A stretch of DNA of 64,000 nucleotides from Vicugna vicugna (lineage: Eukaryota), in NCBI GenBank assembly GCA_013265495.1, contig MU057865.1, forward strand, positions 744,001 through 808,000, given 5' to 3'. This document shows positions 1 to 12,170 of the stretch, piece by piece. Within the stretch, counting starts at the first letter, position 1; every line of letters starts with the position of its first letter. A model generated the notes under the pieces. It was not told the origin of the DNA, ran no database searches, and saw only the letters and a program-made list of their open reading frames with translations. The position numbers were made by a program, and so were the translations under genes.

Positions 1-163
1 CTTTTTTTTTTTCTTGACTTCTCAGTAAAATCAAACCTTTCTAGCTTCTTCCCCTGGAAATCCTCTTTCTGTTGTTGACATCAACATCATATATTACTGT
101 ATTTACTTCTGCTTCTCTGGAAATGCCTTCTCAGTTTTGCCTTTCAAGATTATAATTCTTTAA

Positions 164-393
164 ATCAGTACTGCAACACCTGCTTTTTTGGCTTTTCCAT
201 TTGCATGGAATATCCTTTTCCATCCTTTCACTCTCAATCTTTATGTGTCCTTCTCCCTAAAGTGGGTCTCTTGTATGCAGCATATTGAAGGTTCTTGCTT
301 TATTATCCAGTCTGCCACTCTATGTCTTTTGACTGGAGCATTTAGTCCGTTAACATTTACAGTAATTAATGATAGATGTGTGTTTATTGCCAT
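164..393 (-). pseudogene. LINE-1 ORF2 N-terminal endonuclease fragment
   Basis: ATG at 393 reads MAINTHLSLITVNVNGLNAPVKRHRVADWI...CCIQETH, the APE-like endonuclease start. There is an in-frame TAA at 243-241. Confidence 0.92.
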
Positions 394-790
394 TTTGAAC
401 GTATCTTTGCAGTTGAATTGGTATATCCTCTTTGTTCCTTTCTTCTTCCTGTTGTGGTTTGGTAATTTTCCTTTGTATTATCATGGATTTTATTTAATTT
501 TTGTGACTCCCTTGTAAATTTTTGACTTGTGGTTACCCTTTTTTGTAAATCTATTAACCTATACCCATTTTTATTAAACTGATAATAACATGATCTCAAA
601 CCCATCCTACTGTTAAAAAAATTTAAAAAAGAAAGAAAAAAAATTCTATATTTCCCTGCCTCCCTCTCCCACTCTCAGTGATTTGTATGTCTTCTTTTAT
701 AATTTCGTGTTTTCTTTATTTGTAATTCATGAGTTATCACCTTTCCAGTTGTACGTTTCTCATTTCTGTAGCATCCTGCTGCTTTTCTAT

Positions 791-1625
791 TTAGAATAGC
801 CCTTTCAATATTTCTTTTAGCATGGGTTTAGTGTTGCTAAACTCCTGCAGCTTTTTTTTGTCTGTGAAACTCTTTATTTCTCCTTCTATCCTAAAGGATA
901 GCCTTGCTGGATAAAGTATCCTAGGCTGCATCTTTTTTTCATTCAGGGCTTTGAATATATCTTGCCACTCCCTTCTGGCCTGTAGTGTTTGTGTAGAGAA
1001 ATCAGCTGAGAGCCTTATGGGGGTTCCCTTGTAATTCACTCTTTGCTTTTCTCTTGCTGCCTTTAGAATCATTTCTTTATCCTTGACTCTGGCCATCTTG
1101 ATTATGATATGTCTTGGTGTGGGTCTATTTGGATTCTTCCTGTTTGGGACCCTCTGAGCTTCCTGTACTTGGATATCTGATTCCTTCTTTAAGTTTGGGA
1201 AGTTTTCAGTCATGATTTCTTCAAAAACCTTTTCAATCCCCTTTGATCCTTCTTCCCCTTCTGGGACCCCTATTATGTGAAGATTGGGACGCTTTATATT
1301 ATCCCATAGGTCCCTTATGCTATTATCATTATTTTTTATTTGCTTATCTTGTAGTTCTTCTGAATGGGTGCTTTCTGTTGCCCTGTCTTCTAGATCACTA
1401 ATTCGTTCCTCTGCATTAACTAGTCGGCTTTGCACAGCTATTAGATCATTCCTCATCTCTGTTAATGAGTTTACCCATTCTGCTTGGCTCTTCTTTATAG
1501 CTTCAATTTCATTTTTGACATATTTTATTTCTCTAAGCACTATCTCTTTTAATTCCTTCAGCAATTTGATCACTCCTTTTTTGAAATCTTGATCTAGTAG
1601 GCTATCGATGTCTATTTCATTGATC
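791..1625 (-). pseudogene. LINE-1 ORF1p, N-terminally truncated, reading frame open
   Basis: The translation has a coiled coil followed by RDLWDNIKRPNLHIIGVPEGEE, TPRHIIIK, ARREW and YPARLSF, which are L1 ORF1p motifs. The frame stays open up to the inversion junction near 1625. Confidence 0.95.
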
Positions 1626-2349
1626 TAATACAGGACAGAAATAGACTCATGGACAGAGAATACAGACTTGTGGTTACCAGGGGGGTAGAGGGTGGGAAGG
1701 GATAGACTGGGATTTCAAAATTGTAGAATAGATAAACAAGATTACACTGTATAGCACAGGGAAATATACACAAAATGTTATGATAAATCACAGAGAAAAA
1801 AATGTGACAATGAGTGTGTATATGTCCATGAATGACTGAAAAATTGTGCTGAACACTGGAATTTGACACAACATTGTAAAATGATTATAAATCAATAAAA
1901 ATGTTAAAAAAAGATTATAATTCTTTAATGTTCAGTCTTAAATACTCTTCCTTTTTTTTTAAACTTTACTCTCTACTCTTTTCCTGAGCAAGTTAATCAC
2001 TGAATTCTCTCATTTGTTCACTGACTCAAATTTGAAACCCTACCCTAGGTTTTTCTCTGAGCTTTACACCCATGTATTTAACTGTCTAAGTGATGTTTCC
2101 AGTTATATATTTCATAGGTGCTTCAAATCCTGTGCAAAACTTAATCTATAATGCCTTATTGCCAATATGCTCATCTTTTATGATTTTTTTATTTCTTTCC
2201 TTATATTGACGATTTTTCTTATTATTGCATTGACTGGAGCCTCCAATAGAATGACTAGAAACAGTGATAGTGGGCATTCCTAAGCTATCCCTGAATTTAA
2301 TTGAAATGCTTCTAAAATATCACCATTAAATATGGGGTGACAGTAATCC

Positions 2350-2433
2350 AGTAGCAGACACTGCTAGTTACCTGTGCAATATGCATTCCCCTATTCAATC
2401 GAAATAATAGAGAATTGCTTTTTTAAAAGGGCA

Positions 2434-2484
<51 letters not shown>

Positions 2485-2850
2485 TCTTGCTTTTTCAAGC
2501 TCCGTTGCAGCTAAAAATGCAGCTCTGGGTAATAGCATATAAACTGCAGGTTTCTAGGAAAGCTTTTTGCATCCTTGACATAGACCCTGCCCCTTCCCCT
2601 TCTGGCTTCCTTCTTTGTGCCTAGAATCAGATATGATGCCTTTAAGACTAGCAGCCTGCTTTTTCCATCAAACATTGTGGTGGCAGACAAGTAGAAAAAT
2701 CTGGAGAACCTGAGGCCATTCTTGTATTGCCAGACTGTCTTGGACTGCCACTTCTTAGAATTTGATAGCACGAAACAAATGAAAACTTTACTTGTGTAAG
2801 CCTTTTCTGTTAGAATTTTGGTTACTCTCAGTTAAAAATACATAACCTCA
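2350..2850. mobile_element. Old MaLR LTR (MLT1J/K-like)
   Basis: Degenerate MLT1-like blocks (cctagaatcagatatgatgcc, ggactgccacttct, tgtgtaagcc). Interrupted by (TAA)n. Confidence 0.45.
2435..2482 (+). repeat. (TAA)n microsatellite
   Basis: About 16 consecutive TAA units. Confidence 0.97.
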
Positions 2851-2861
2851 TTTTTCTGTAC

Positions 2862-3430
2862 TTATGGTAGCTAGAATAATGGCCTCCCAAAGAGTTTTGT
2901 ATCCTTATTCCCAGAGTCTGTGAATATGTTGCAGTGCATGGCAGAGGGGAATTAAAATTTCAAACAGAATTAAGATTGCTAATTTTAACTGACTTTAAAA
3001 TGGGAAGATTATCCTAGAATAACCAAATGGGTTCAATGTAATTACAAGGGTCCTTAACAGTTGAAGAGGAAGGTAGAATAGGTCAGAGTGATGGAGCTGA
3101 GTACCTCTCAACCAGCCATTACTGGCTTTAAAGATGGAGGGAGAGGCCACAAGCCAAGGAATGTGGGCAGAGTCTAGAACTTGAAAAGGCAAGGAGATAG
3201 ATTCTTGCCTAGAATCTCCAGAAGGAATGAAACCCTACTGACTTCTTGATTTTACCCAGAGACATTGGTGTCAAGTTTCTAACATACATAACTATAAGGT
3301 AATATTAGTGTATCTTTTTTTTTAACATTTTTTATTGAGTTATAGTCATTTTACAATGTTGTGTCAAATTCCTAGTGTATGGTTTTTAAACCATTGTTTG
3401 CCATAATTTGTTACAACACCTTTAGAAAAC
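2862..3430 (+). mobile_element. MaLR LTR, MLT1D-like
   Basis: Contains agaataatggcctcccaaag, gattatcctag...aatgtaattacaagggtcctt and agccaaggaatgtgggcag, which are MLT1C/D hallmarks. Confidence 0.8.
3314..3372 (-). mobile_element. Very short L1 3' end inserted in the MLT1 LTR
   Basis: Reverse complement of the same 3' terminus seen at 1855-1910. Flanked by TAGTGTAT at 3306-3313 and 3373-3380. Confidence 0.8.
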
Positions 3431-3439
3431 AAACAGAGT

Positions 3440-6250
3440 ACTGTTTATGAAGTTCAGAAGTTTCCTGCTATTTTTGTTGGCTAGAAGTTTTATTATGAAC
3501 AAATCTAAAATTTAACCACCTGCTTTTCTGGCTCTACTATGAAAAAAAAGTATGATAAGAAGATCCTATTTTTCATTTCTTCTTTTAATTATTAATACTC
3601 TGGATTACACTGGGATGACTTTAGTAAATGTTCTGTGTTAATGAGCACTGCATTCCTAAGATAAACAATACATGACGTGATGCTGAAATCAGTTGGCTAA
3701 CGTTTTATTTGAGAATCTGTCAATATGCTCATCAATATGATTGGCCTGTAATTATCTTTTCTCGTATATACTTACCTTTGCCTAGTTTTAGGATTAAGGT
3801 TAAATTAGCCTTGAAAAATGATTTAGTCATATTTCAACTTAGTCACGTTTCCTCGTGTTTGAGAAATTCTGAAGATCAAATATATTTTTCAAGAGTTTGT
3901 GAAAACTTGGCTGTGTATTCATCTGGACCTAGTTTCTTTTTGAAAGTTTTATTATAATTTACATCTTTCAACTGAGTTTTTATTGAAGTACTTTGGTAAT
4001 TTATATATTATTTTGGAAAACTAGTTATGTATAATTAACATGTTTTTTCATATTACTCTGATGATTTAAAAATTCTTATTATGTCTATTTTATTCCCTTT
4101 TAAAATTCTAATATTGTAAATGTATGCCTTCTCTTTCTCTCTCTGTCTCTTTCCCATTCTCTCTTTCTTTTTAAACCCCTTCCCCCATTTATTTTTTCAA
4201 TCAGTCTTACTGGAGATTTGGCTAGAAATTGCTTTTAATTGTATTATTTTTTCTCTTAATTTATTTAATTTGCTGCTCTGATCTTTATTATTCCTTCTCT
4301 TTCCTTTTTTTCCTAAACTATTGCCTCTAGTGTTAAACATACCTCTAGTCCTATGTTGGTTGTAATTTCCAAGTTTGGTTACATCAGCTTGAATTATCAT
4401 TCAGTTTTAAATGTTTTACAGGTTTCATTGCAATGATTTCCTCTTTGACATAAGATATTTCAAAGTGCATTTTTAAATACACACACACACATACAGAGGC
4501 GTTTAGAGTTGATTTATTATATATGATGTAAGATGGGAAATCTAATAGCATTTTTTTCCCCACAAGTATGGTCAATTTTTAAAACCTCTAGTAAATATTC
4601 CTACATATGTCCACTGGGATGCCAGGCCACGTCATATGTACATGAGTGATTTTGAAGCTGTTTTTAAAATTCATTTTGTCAATTTTTTCTGCCTATGCCA
4701 GGCCTTTACGGACTTAACTCTTAGAGGTTTATAGTAAGACTTAATGTCTGGTAGGACCAGTCCCCTCTCCTCACTCTTGAAGAGTCTTGATTATTCTTCA
4801 CTCTTTACTTTTCCATATGTATTTTTTAAACTTGGGTTTATTATATCTATAGATAAATGAGAGAAATAATCGCCAGCTTTACAATATTGCTCTTCCCTTC
4901 TTTGAATACAGTATCTCTCCACTTCTTTAATAACTCAAAGCAAATAAAAGAGTATAACTTCCTTGCTACAATTGTTTCTTGTCTTTGTTAGATTCATTCC
5001 TGGTTATTTGGTGTTATTTTATGATACTATCTTTTCTTTTTTAGTTATATTTTTGGATGTATAGAAATGCAACTGGCTTTGGTTATCTTATTATCCAGCT
5101 ATCTAGCTAAACTCCTCCATAATTCTAGAATTTATTTTGTAGTTTCTTTAATTTTTTTTCATAGAAACCTCATGTCACTTACAGTAATGAGATTTTGATT
5201 ACTCATTTCCAAACTTTAAGCCTTTTTTGTTTCAGTTGCACTAGCTAGGTTCACCAAAACAAGGTAAAAATCTGTGTTGTTGAAAGTGGGTGTATCATCT
5301 CACTCCCCCTTCATTCTTATAACATTTCCTGTCTATATGATGCTTGCTGTAACACACGCATACACACTTTTTCTGTTAGGGCATTCGTTTCTTTTTCTAG
5401 TTTGCTGGAACCTTTTTTTTTCACTTCTTTTTTCTGTTTACAATGTTGTGTCAATTTCTGGTGTGTAGCACATTGCTTCAGCCATACATGAACATGCCTA
5501 TATTCGTTTTTGCTGGAAACTTTTAACATGCATTTATATTTAATTTTATGTAGTATTTTATGGAATCTACTGAGATAATTATGTGGTTATTCTTTTTTCA
5601 TCTATCAGTGTGTATTTCTGAGATAAACCCAAATTGATCATGATACATGATGCTCTCTGTATCATAGTGGTTTCAATTGGATAATATTTTGCTTAGGATT
5701 TTGCATCTAAAATTGTGACTTCAATGGATCTATTGTTTTTCTTGTTATAGTATCTTAGTCTAGTTGTATTTCTTTGTTTCTCTGGGCTGCATTTTGTGGA
5801 TACATTTTTCAATTTTTTTCCCAACTGTCTAAATGTTATTGTGGTTGTGACCTATTTTGAGCTTGAATTCCTAATACAGTGTTTTATATTAATGACAATA
5901 TTTGCTCAAACAAGATTTTCTAGTTATTTCCTTTTTATGGACATGTTACACATTATATCCGCATGTATTTGTTTTATTTCTGCCCATTTTTTCATGATTC
6001 TGACATCCAAAGTAATGAAAAGTATGCCTTTCATTACATCCTTAAACATCTGAGACATAATTATTTTAAATTCTTTATCTGACTATCTCATCATTTAATT
6101 TTTTATGGAGAAATGACCCTTCTAGTAGGTTTTGCTTGTTTGTTGTTTTTCAGTTTTTTTCTTTTATCTTTTTTTTTTTTTACTTATTTGATGATAATTT
6201 TTTCCTGTGTTTAAAATTTTGAGTTATACGTATCCTTTTCATGGAGATTT
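3440..6250 (-). mobile_element. Patchwork of ancient L1 (L1M-type) fragments
   Basis: T-rich degenerate antisense ORF2-like tracts such as gatattggcctgta and ttaggattttgcatct. Boundaries are approximate. Confidence 0.55.
5411..5508 (-). mobile_element. Short L1 3' end
   Basis: Matches the L1 3' end at 60181-60290. TSD TTTGCTGGAA at 5401-5410 and 5509-5518. Confidence 0.8.
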
Positions 6251-6494
6251 TTTTTTTCCCTCTAGTCTTCTCTCTGCCCTATGCTCATCTCTTTTAGTGG
6301 TTTTGCAACACCCTCTACTTGCTTTGTAGGACCAGGTCTCACAAGCGCAGGTGTGGTTTCCCGTTTGGTGATGGTATTAAAGGCTTGCGCATCCAGCCTC
6401 AAAGCCTGTGGGTGTCTTGGCTCTGTTTCTGATATAGAGTCTTTATCTGTGCCTTTCTGTGCATCATCCTGAGAGCCATTAAACTGAAGTTTCA

Positions 6495-7551
6495 TTTTTA
6501 TTTATTTTTAAATTAACACATAGCAAAATTTACTGGTTTTGGTGTGCAGTTCCTGGTTTTGACAAATGCATGGAATCTTACAATCAATACTGCAATCAAA
6601 ATACAGAACAGCTTAGGCATACCCCCTCACATGCACATTTTTTCTGCTGTCTGTTTTTCAAAATTAAACTTCTTTTAGAGAAGTTTTATAGTCACAGAAA
6701 AATTGAGCAGAAGGCACAGAAATTTCCCATCTACCCTCTCCCTCCACACATGCAGAGCCTCTCCCATTACGAGCAGCCTCCGCCAGAGTGATATATGTGT
6801 TAGAATGCACTCCCAGTCTGGGGCTTGCTTTTCATACTCTTGATGGTGTCTTTCGTAGAGCTGAATTTTTATTATTTCAGTGAAATCCAGCTTCTTGATT
6901 CTTTCTTTTATGGATGTGCCTTTGGTGTTGTGCCTAAGAAGTCATTGCCAAAACCTTGGTCATCTAGGCTTCCTAATATATTGCCTTCTAGGAATTTTAA
7001 AGTTTTATGTTTTACATTTAGATTTGTGATCTATTTATAGTTAATTTTATGAAGGGGGTAAGGTCTGGGTCTAGATTCATTTAATTCTTTTTTTTTTTGC
7101 ATAAGAACATCCAGTTGTTCCAACATTGTTTGAAAAGAGTTTTTTCACCATGGATTGCCTTTGTACAGTTTACTATATTTATGTGGGTATATTTCTGGAT
7201 TCTTATTCTGTTTCATTGATCTATTTGCCTGTTCTTTCATCAACATTTGGTGCTCTTTTGTAGTCAAATCTTCCACCTATTCAACCCATGGGAACCACTG
7301 ATCTGTTCTCCACCCTTATAGTTCTGTTTTTTTCCAAAATGACATATAAATGGAATCATAAAATATGTTGTGTTTTGAATCTGGATTCTTCACTTAGCTT
7401 CAAGCATTTTAATTGTACAGACGTTGCAGCATGTATCCATATCTTATTCTTTTTCATTGCTGAGTAGTATTCCATTATGTGAATGACTCACTTTTGTTTG
7501 TTTATCAGTTGAGGGCCATTAGTATTATTTTTACTTTGGGATAATTACCTA
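6495..7551 (-). mobile_element. Nested old L1 3'UTR/ORF2 fragments (L1MA/MB-like)
   Basis: Contains typical antisense L1 tracts: aaccactgatctgttctc, aaatggaatcata, gagtagtattccatt, ctaagaagtcattgccaaa. Confidence 0.7.
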
Positions 7552-7819
7552 TGTTGACTGAAAAAAAAAAGCACAATCTAAAAGTTGAAAATTATGTTTT
7601 ATTTGGCAGACATTTTGAGGACTTTAAGCCCAGGAGATGGCCTCTTGGAAAGTTCTAAGGAATGGCTCTGAAGAGGTCAACAAAGACCAAGCCAGTACCC
7701 CTTGCTTTCCTGTTCTGAGTCCCCTCAGGGTGCACCACTGGGGGTGGATGCAGGCTGACAGCTTGATGGCTGCAATATCTCTTGTTTGCTGATATGGCAG
7801 GTGGTGTTTGTAGTCGACA
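7552..7819 (-). mobile_element. ERV1-type solo LTR (MER41-like), short version
   Basis: TG...CA termini and 4-bp TSD CCTA (7548-7551, 7820-7823). Homologous to 7860-8349 and 15236-15674. AATAAA lies on the minus strand. Confidence 0.85.
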
Positions 7820-7859
7820 CCTATAAAGCATTTGTCTGTAAACATTTGATATAAATAAG

Positions 7860-8349
7860 TGTTGACTGAAATAAATGCACAGCCTCAAAGTTGAGAGTTA
7901 TGTTTTATTTGGTGGGAGGACTCGAGCCGAGATGACAGCCTCTCAGATGGCTCTGAGGGACTGTTCCAAAGAGGTAGGGGAGGAGCCAGGACATATAGGA
8001 GCTTCACAACAAAGAACAACAAAGACAAGGTAGTTGGAACAATAAAAGACTGCTTGTTAACTAAAGAAAACCAGGCATCTCAAGTTAAATAATTCAGCGC
8101 TTTTCTATGTATGGGAGGAAGCAAATATTTGGGCTCGTTGAATTCATTCCTTTGACAAGCACCTCGCTATCTAGGGCCAGTGTCCTGTCCTTTCTTGTTC
8201 TGAGTCCCCTCAGGGTGCACCGCTGTGAGTGGCTGCAGAGGCCGGGCTGCAGGCTTGTCCTCACTGCGGGGGTGGTGACAGCCACTGATGACTTGATAGT
8301 TTCAGTGTTCTTTGTTTACTGATATGGTTTGCAGTATTTTTCGCTCACA
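7860..8349 (-). mobile_element. ERV1-type solo LTR (MER41-like)
   Basis: TG...CA termini and TSD TAAG (7856-7859, 8350-8353). Confidence 0.88.
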
Positions 8350-8393
8350 TAAGCATGTAGATTTTCATTTCACTTGCTAGAAACCAGATAGTC

Positions 8394-8397
<4 letters not shown>

Positions 8398-8445
<48 letters not shown>
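8398..8445 (+). repeat. (TG)n microsatellite
   Basis: About 24 TG units. Confidence 0.97.
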
Positions 8446-8448
<3 letters not shown>

Positions 8449-8881
8449 ATAATAACTTGCTTGTGCCAAAGGGAGGTTCCCTTCCTGTCCTTTCAAACAA
8501 AGAGCCTGGATCCAATCACCTTTCTAAACTCCAGGGCACTTGGTCTCTTCTGCCCCAAAGAAGCACCTCTATCTTTTTTTAGATCTGAGGTTAGGAGAGG
8601 TGAACCTTTAGCTCCTGTCTTCATCTTGTGCTTCTGCTCCATTCCTGGCCCATGAAAATATTGCTTTTATTTACCCTAAGTGATATATTTTTTGGTTTTC
8701 TCATGATGTGTCTTGTCCCCAATTACTACATGGCAAAGCAGAGGGGATGATCAGAGTGCCAACTCAGAACCTTCTAGAATGAAAGCCCTGGAATTCCCAG
8801 AAAGTTCTGCCCAGGTGAGAGGCACCATCACCTATCCAGCTGAGCCAACCAGAGTGCTAAGAATTTTTCTTGCTGTATCTG

Positions 8882-9382
8882 TGCAATAGAGGAGAACAAA
8901 TCTGACTCCATAGTGGTCTGTTCCTTTAGTCTTGACCACTGTGCCCTGTTTTCTAGGCTCAGTCTTGCCAGCCCTGCACCTTTTGTGAAACAATGTTCCT
9001 TTAGCTTGAAATAGACAGGAGAGCCTACTCTAGGGGCTCTGACCTGTAAGGATGTCAGCACTTCTGCACTTATGCAGAGATGGCAAGTTGCAAAATAGAG
9101 AATAACCTTTGTTTTGTTGGAGGTTTACAGGGACACCATGACCTGGCCCACATGGACGGCTGCAAGAACAAAGAATTCCTGTAGCAAGAAGTTTGCAACA
9201 ACCAACCACACCCCGTCCCTTGTTTTTTGTATAAAAGGAGCCTGTATTCTGACTGGAGCAGGATGGCTCTCCAAGACATTACTCTGCCGTCCTCTCCATC
9301 TGCCGGCTTTCCGAATAAAGTCACTATTCCTTGCCCAACACCTCGTCTCCCAGTGCAGCAAGCAGAACGAGACTCGGCAACA
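8882..9382 (+). mobile_element. ERV1-type solo LTR of a different family
   Basis: TG...CA termini, TATAAAA near 9230 and AATAAA near 9314. The flanks TCTG/TCTC form a near-TSD. Confidence 0.78.
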
Positions 9383-9452
9383 TCTCCTTGTCCTCAGCTT
9401 CTATATACAGTCAAGCACACAATTGTACTGGTTCTTACCTTCCAATTACTTC

Positions 9453-9590
9453 TTTTTTAAAAATTTTTTTGGTGGGAGGTAATCAATTTATTTGTTTGTT
9501 TATTTTTAGAGGAGGAACTGGGGATTGAACCCACGACCTTGTGCACACTGAGCATGCGCTCTACCGCTTGAGCTATACCCTCCACCAGGT
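9453..9590 (-). mobile_element. tRNA-derived SINE (camelid Vic-1 type)
   Basis: The minus strand reads GGAGGGTATAGCTCAAGCGGTAGAGCGCATG...GGGTTCAATCCCCAG (A and B boxes) followed by an A-rich tail. TSD AATTACTTC at 9444-9452 and 9591-9599. Confidence 0.88.
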
Positions 9591-9599
9591 AATTACTTC

Positions 9600-10190
9600 C
9601 ACTCTCTTCCATCTTCTGCATCTGCTGAGATCCAGGCTCTTGTCATGTCTCACCAGACCTCTGATGCGGACTCCTCAGTGGTCCTCCCCGCTTCCTGTTC
9701 TCCTCTTTCCCTTGCTTTAAAGGTTCCGTGGTTTCCACTGACCTTCATTTATAAAGGAATAACGCCCTGGGGGCTCTGTCTGGAGCCTCCCTCATTACCC
9801 TTGACCGGGAACCTTCTTTCACTCCGTGAGTCCTGCTCACACCGATCCCCTCGCTGTGCTTTGTACCTGGCAGGCTGGTCCCACCTCGGGCCCTTCACAG
9901 GCGTTAGTCTTTTCTCCTGAAGTGCTTTTCTTTTCTCTTTCTCTCTCTCTCTCGTCAAACTCTCTTTCAAATATAATTTCTACTAGAACTTAGGAAGAAG
10001 CCTTCAAGGACGCGTCCCCTGACTCCCCGGACTTCCTTGGTCTTGACTCCATCCTCTCGTGACACTTTGTACTTAACAGTGATTCTTGAATCTGTTGTCG
10101 AATGTCTATCTTGCTTTCCTTGTTTATGGCTGTAGCACCTTGAGTTGACCACACTAAGTTCTAAACTAAACACTTATGAAAATGAATCGT
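9600..10190 (+). mobile_element. L2 LINE 3' fragment
   Basis: Pyrimidine-rich, degenerate L2-like tract (ggtcctccccgcttcc, gggcccttcaca, ggaagaagccttc). Confidence 0.5.
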
Positions 10191-12034
10191 TAACCAAAAC
10201 ATTTAAGCATCAGAGGAGTCATTTAAGAAGGATCATTTGAGGGACGCTAAGTAATTCCGTATCTTCAAATATGTCACCTACTGTTGTCTGAAAGTTTCCC
10301 AGTCTTCATTGCTCTTGAGTAAGTGTTGCCCTGTCCAGACTTCTTTTAAAAGGCCATTCCTGCTAGTAAAGCGAATGCATGAAGTCGTTAACGCCTGAGT
10401 GTAATGAGATTATCAGACTGCTTTCATTCCTGAGGGACAGGCTGTCAGATGACACAGATAGCATCATTGGGATAAGCACTTACAAAAGTGGGGTGGTGAG
10501 GTAACAGTGAAACAATACTGCCTCCATCCTTCCCAGAGCGTAGAGTTCAGAAAGGCATGGATTAGGTTTTATTGTGATGGCTTCATTCCCATCCTGGGAA
10601 GGCCAGGACAACTTGGATGAATTGATTGACATGGTTGTCTCTCCAGGCTTAAACAAAGAGGGTGCTGGTTCAGAGTGAGTTCATCTCATTGGGGCAAATG
10701 CCCTTAGAGAGCCTAGAATTTTTTTTTTTGACTTATTCTTGGTGTTGAATCAGATATTTGGTATCTATGACCCCAACAATTTAGACTATAACTTGGAAGA
10801 GAAGTCCAACCTGCTAGCTCAAGTCCTTCTGAATGACCAGCGTGACTGTTGCATGGCATGCAAGTTTCAGGACAAGTACCAAGCCATCAGCTTCTGATAA
10901 TGTTTTCAGTTGTATCTATTTATTTACATAATAACCAGATATTGGGACAAAGGACTTCTGAAAGTGTTTATAGTGCCTCTAACAAAGGGGTCTTTCTTTC
11001 TTTCTTTTCTTTTTTTTTTTCCTGAGAGCTGCAGCGTCTTGTTACAAGGGAGAACCGTAGGTTAAGAAATGTGGATTTTATTAATAGCTAACGTTCATCG
11101 AGTATCACACATGTGCTAGGTGCTATAAATAGCTCTTTCTGTTGCTTTATTGTATTTAATCCTCAACCCCACCAGCCAGTTGCTACTATTACCTCTGTTT
11201 CTTTTTTGAGGAAAATAATAATTTATTTCACTGGCTCGATTTCAAAGAATGGAAAAAATTACAGTAACCTTTATTTGTAAAAGAGAAGGGATCAGTGTAA
11301 TTACTCTTGAAAAACTACATTTTACTAAGAATAAAATCCAGAATACACTATTTGTATTCATGTATTTCTTCATTATATCAAGAACTTCATAACAAATATC
11401 CCAAGTTCCTCTACATCTCAAAACAAAATTTAAATGATTGTACAAGGCAATGTGTTGAAGGGAATGAGATTAAGCATTTAGTAAAGTAGAATTTTATCAT
11501 CCTTGGGGTCAGCTGAGCTAACATTTAGACCACACCCCAATGTGGTCCTCACTTGCATATTCTTCACACTGTGCTGAGGAGAAATGTTCTGAGCAAGACT
11601 TTTAAAGTCATAAGCTCCAAGTACTTTGTTAGCTTCTTGACATGCCTGTACTTAATGCAAAAAATTGTGAAGAGATGTTCCTGTTGGATTAGATAACAAT
11701 TCACATCAATGGACCTCATGGTTAGACTTTTGGGATCAAATCCAAACAGAGCAAAGTTGGTTTTCCACGTGGATTATATCCATCATATAAATGTTACATA
11801 ACTTTGTACCTGCAACCTGATTTAAAATGATCCGTGGGAAGACTTTCTGGTCCACAAATAAATTCTTATATAATATCATGAGAAGGTGTAGGGGTACTTT
11901 TGTAAGACCATTCATGTGTCCAGAGTAGAAGGTTGGAGCTAATACAAAAAAAAAAAGCTTTGATTCCTTGAGCCACCTCCGGAAAGGTATCTGATGCTGT
12001 AAGTAGAAACAAGTATATTTTATGGAGGAATTCC

Positions 12035-12170
12035 CAAGACACTATTATCTCAACTCTACTGATGAAGAAATTGTATCCCAGGAAGGTTAAATAACTTGTC
12101 CAAAATCAAGTTGCCCAGTCAGGATTGAAACCCCCAGAGTTATCTTCTCCCTAGATGCCAACCAAGTTCT
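12035..12170 (-). mobile_element. MIR SINE
   Basis: MIR core gatgaagaaattg...aggttaaataacttgtccaa. Confidence 0.65.

Larger units (their letters stand above)
164..1910. mobile_element. Young LINE-1 insertion with 5' inversion (inverted ORF1/spacer/ORF2 start at 164-1625; sense 3' end and poly(A) at 1626-1910)
   Basis: Perfect 18-bp TSD AAGATTATAATTCTTTAA at 146-163 and 1911-1928. Minus-strand L1 coding sequence is joined to a plus-strand L1 3' end with AATAAA and an A-tail. Confidence 0.93.

Noticed and set aside
188..1592. Plus-strand ORFs 188-517 and 1284-1592
   Set aside because: They are antisense shadows of L1 ORF2 and ORF1.
8794..8802. Perfect GAS motif TTCCCAGAA near the LTR cluster
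   Set aside because: It is a single short motif outside the LTRs and is expected by chance in 64 kb.
9510..9590. tRNA-like sequence (also 21835-21910)
   Set aside because: The A-rich tail and TSD show these are SINEs, not tRNA genes.
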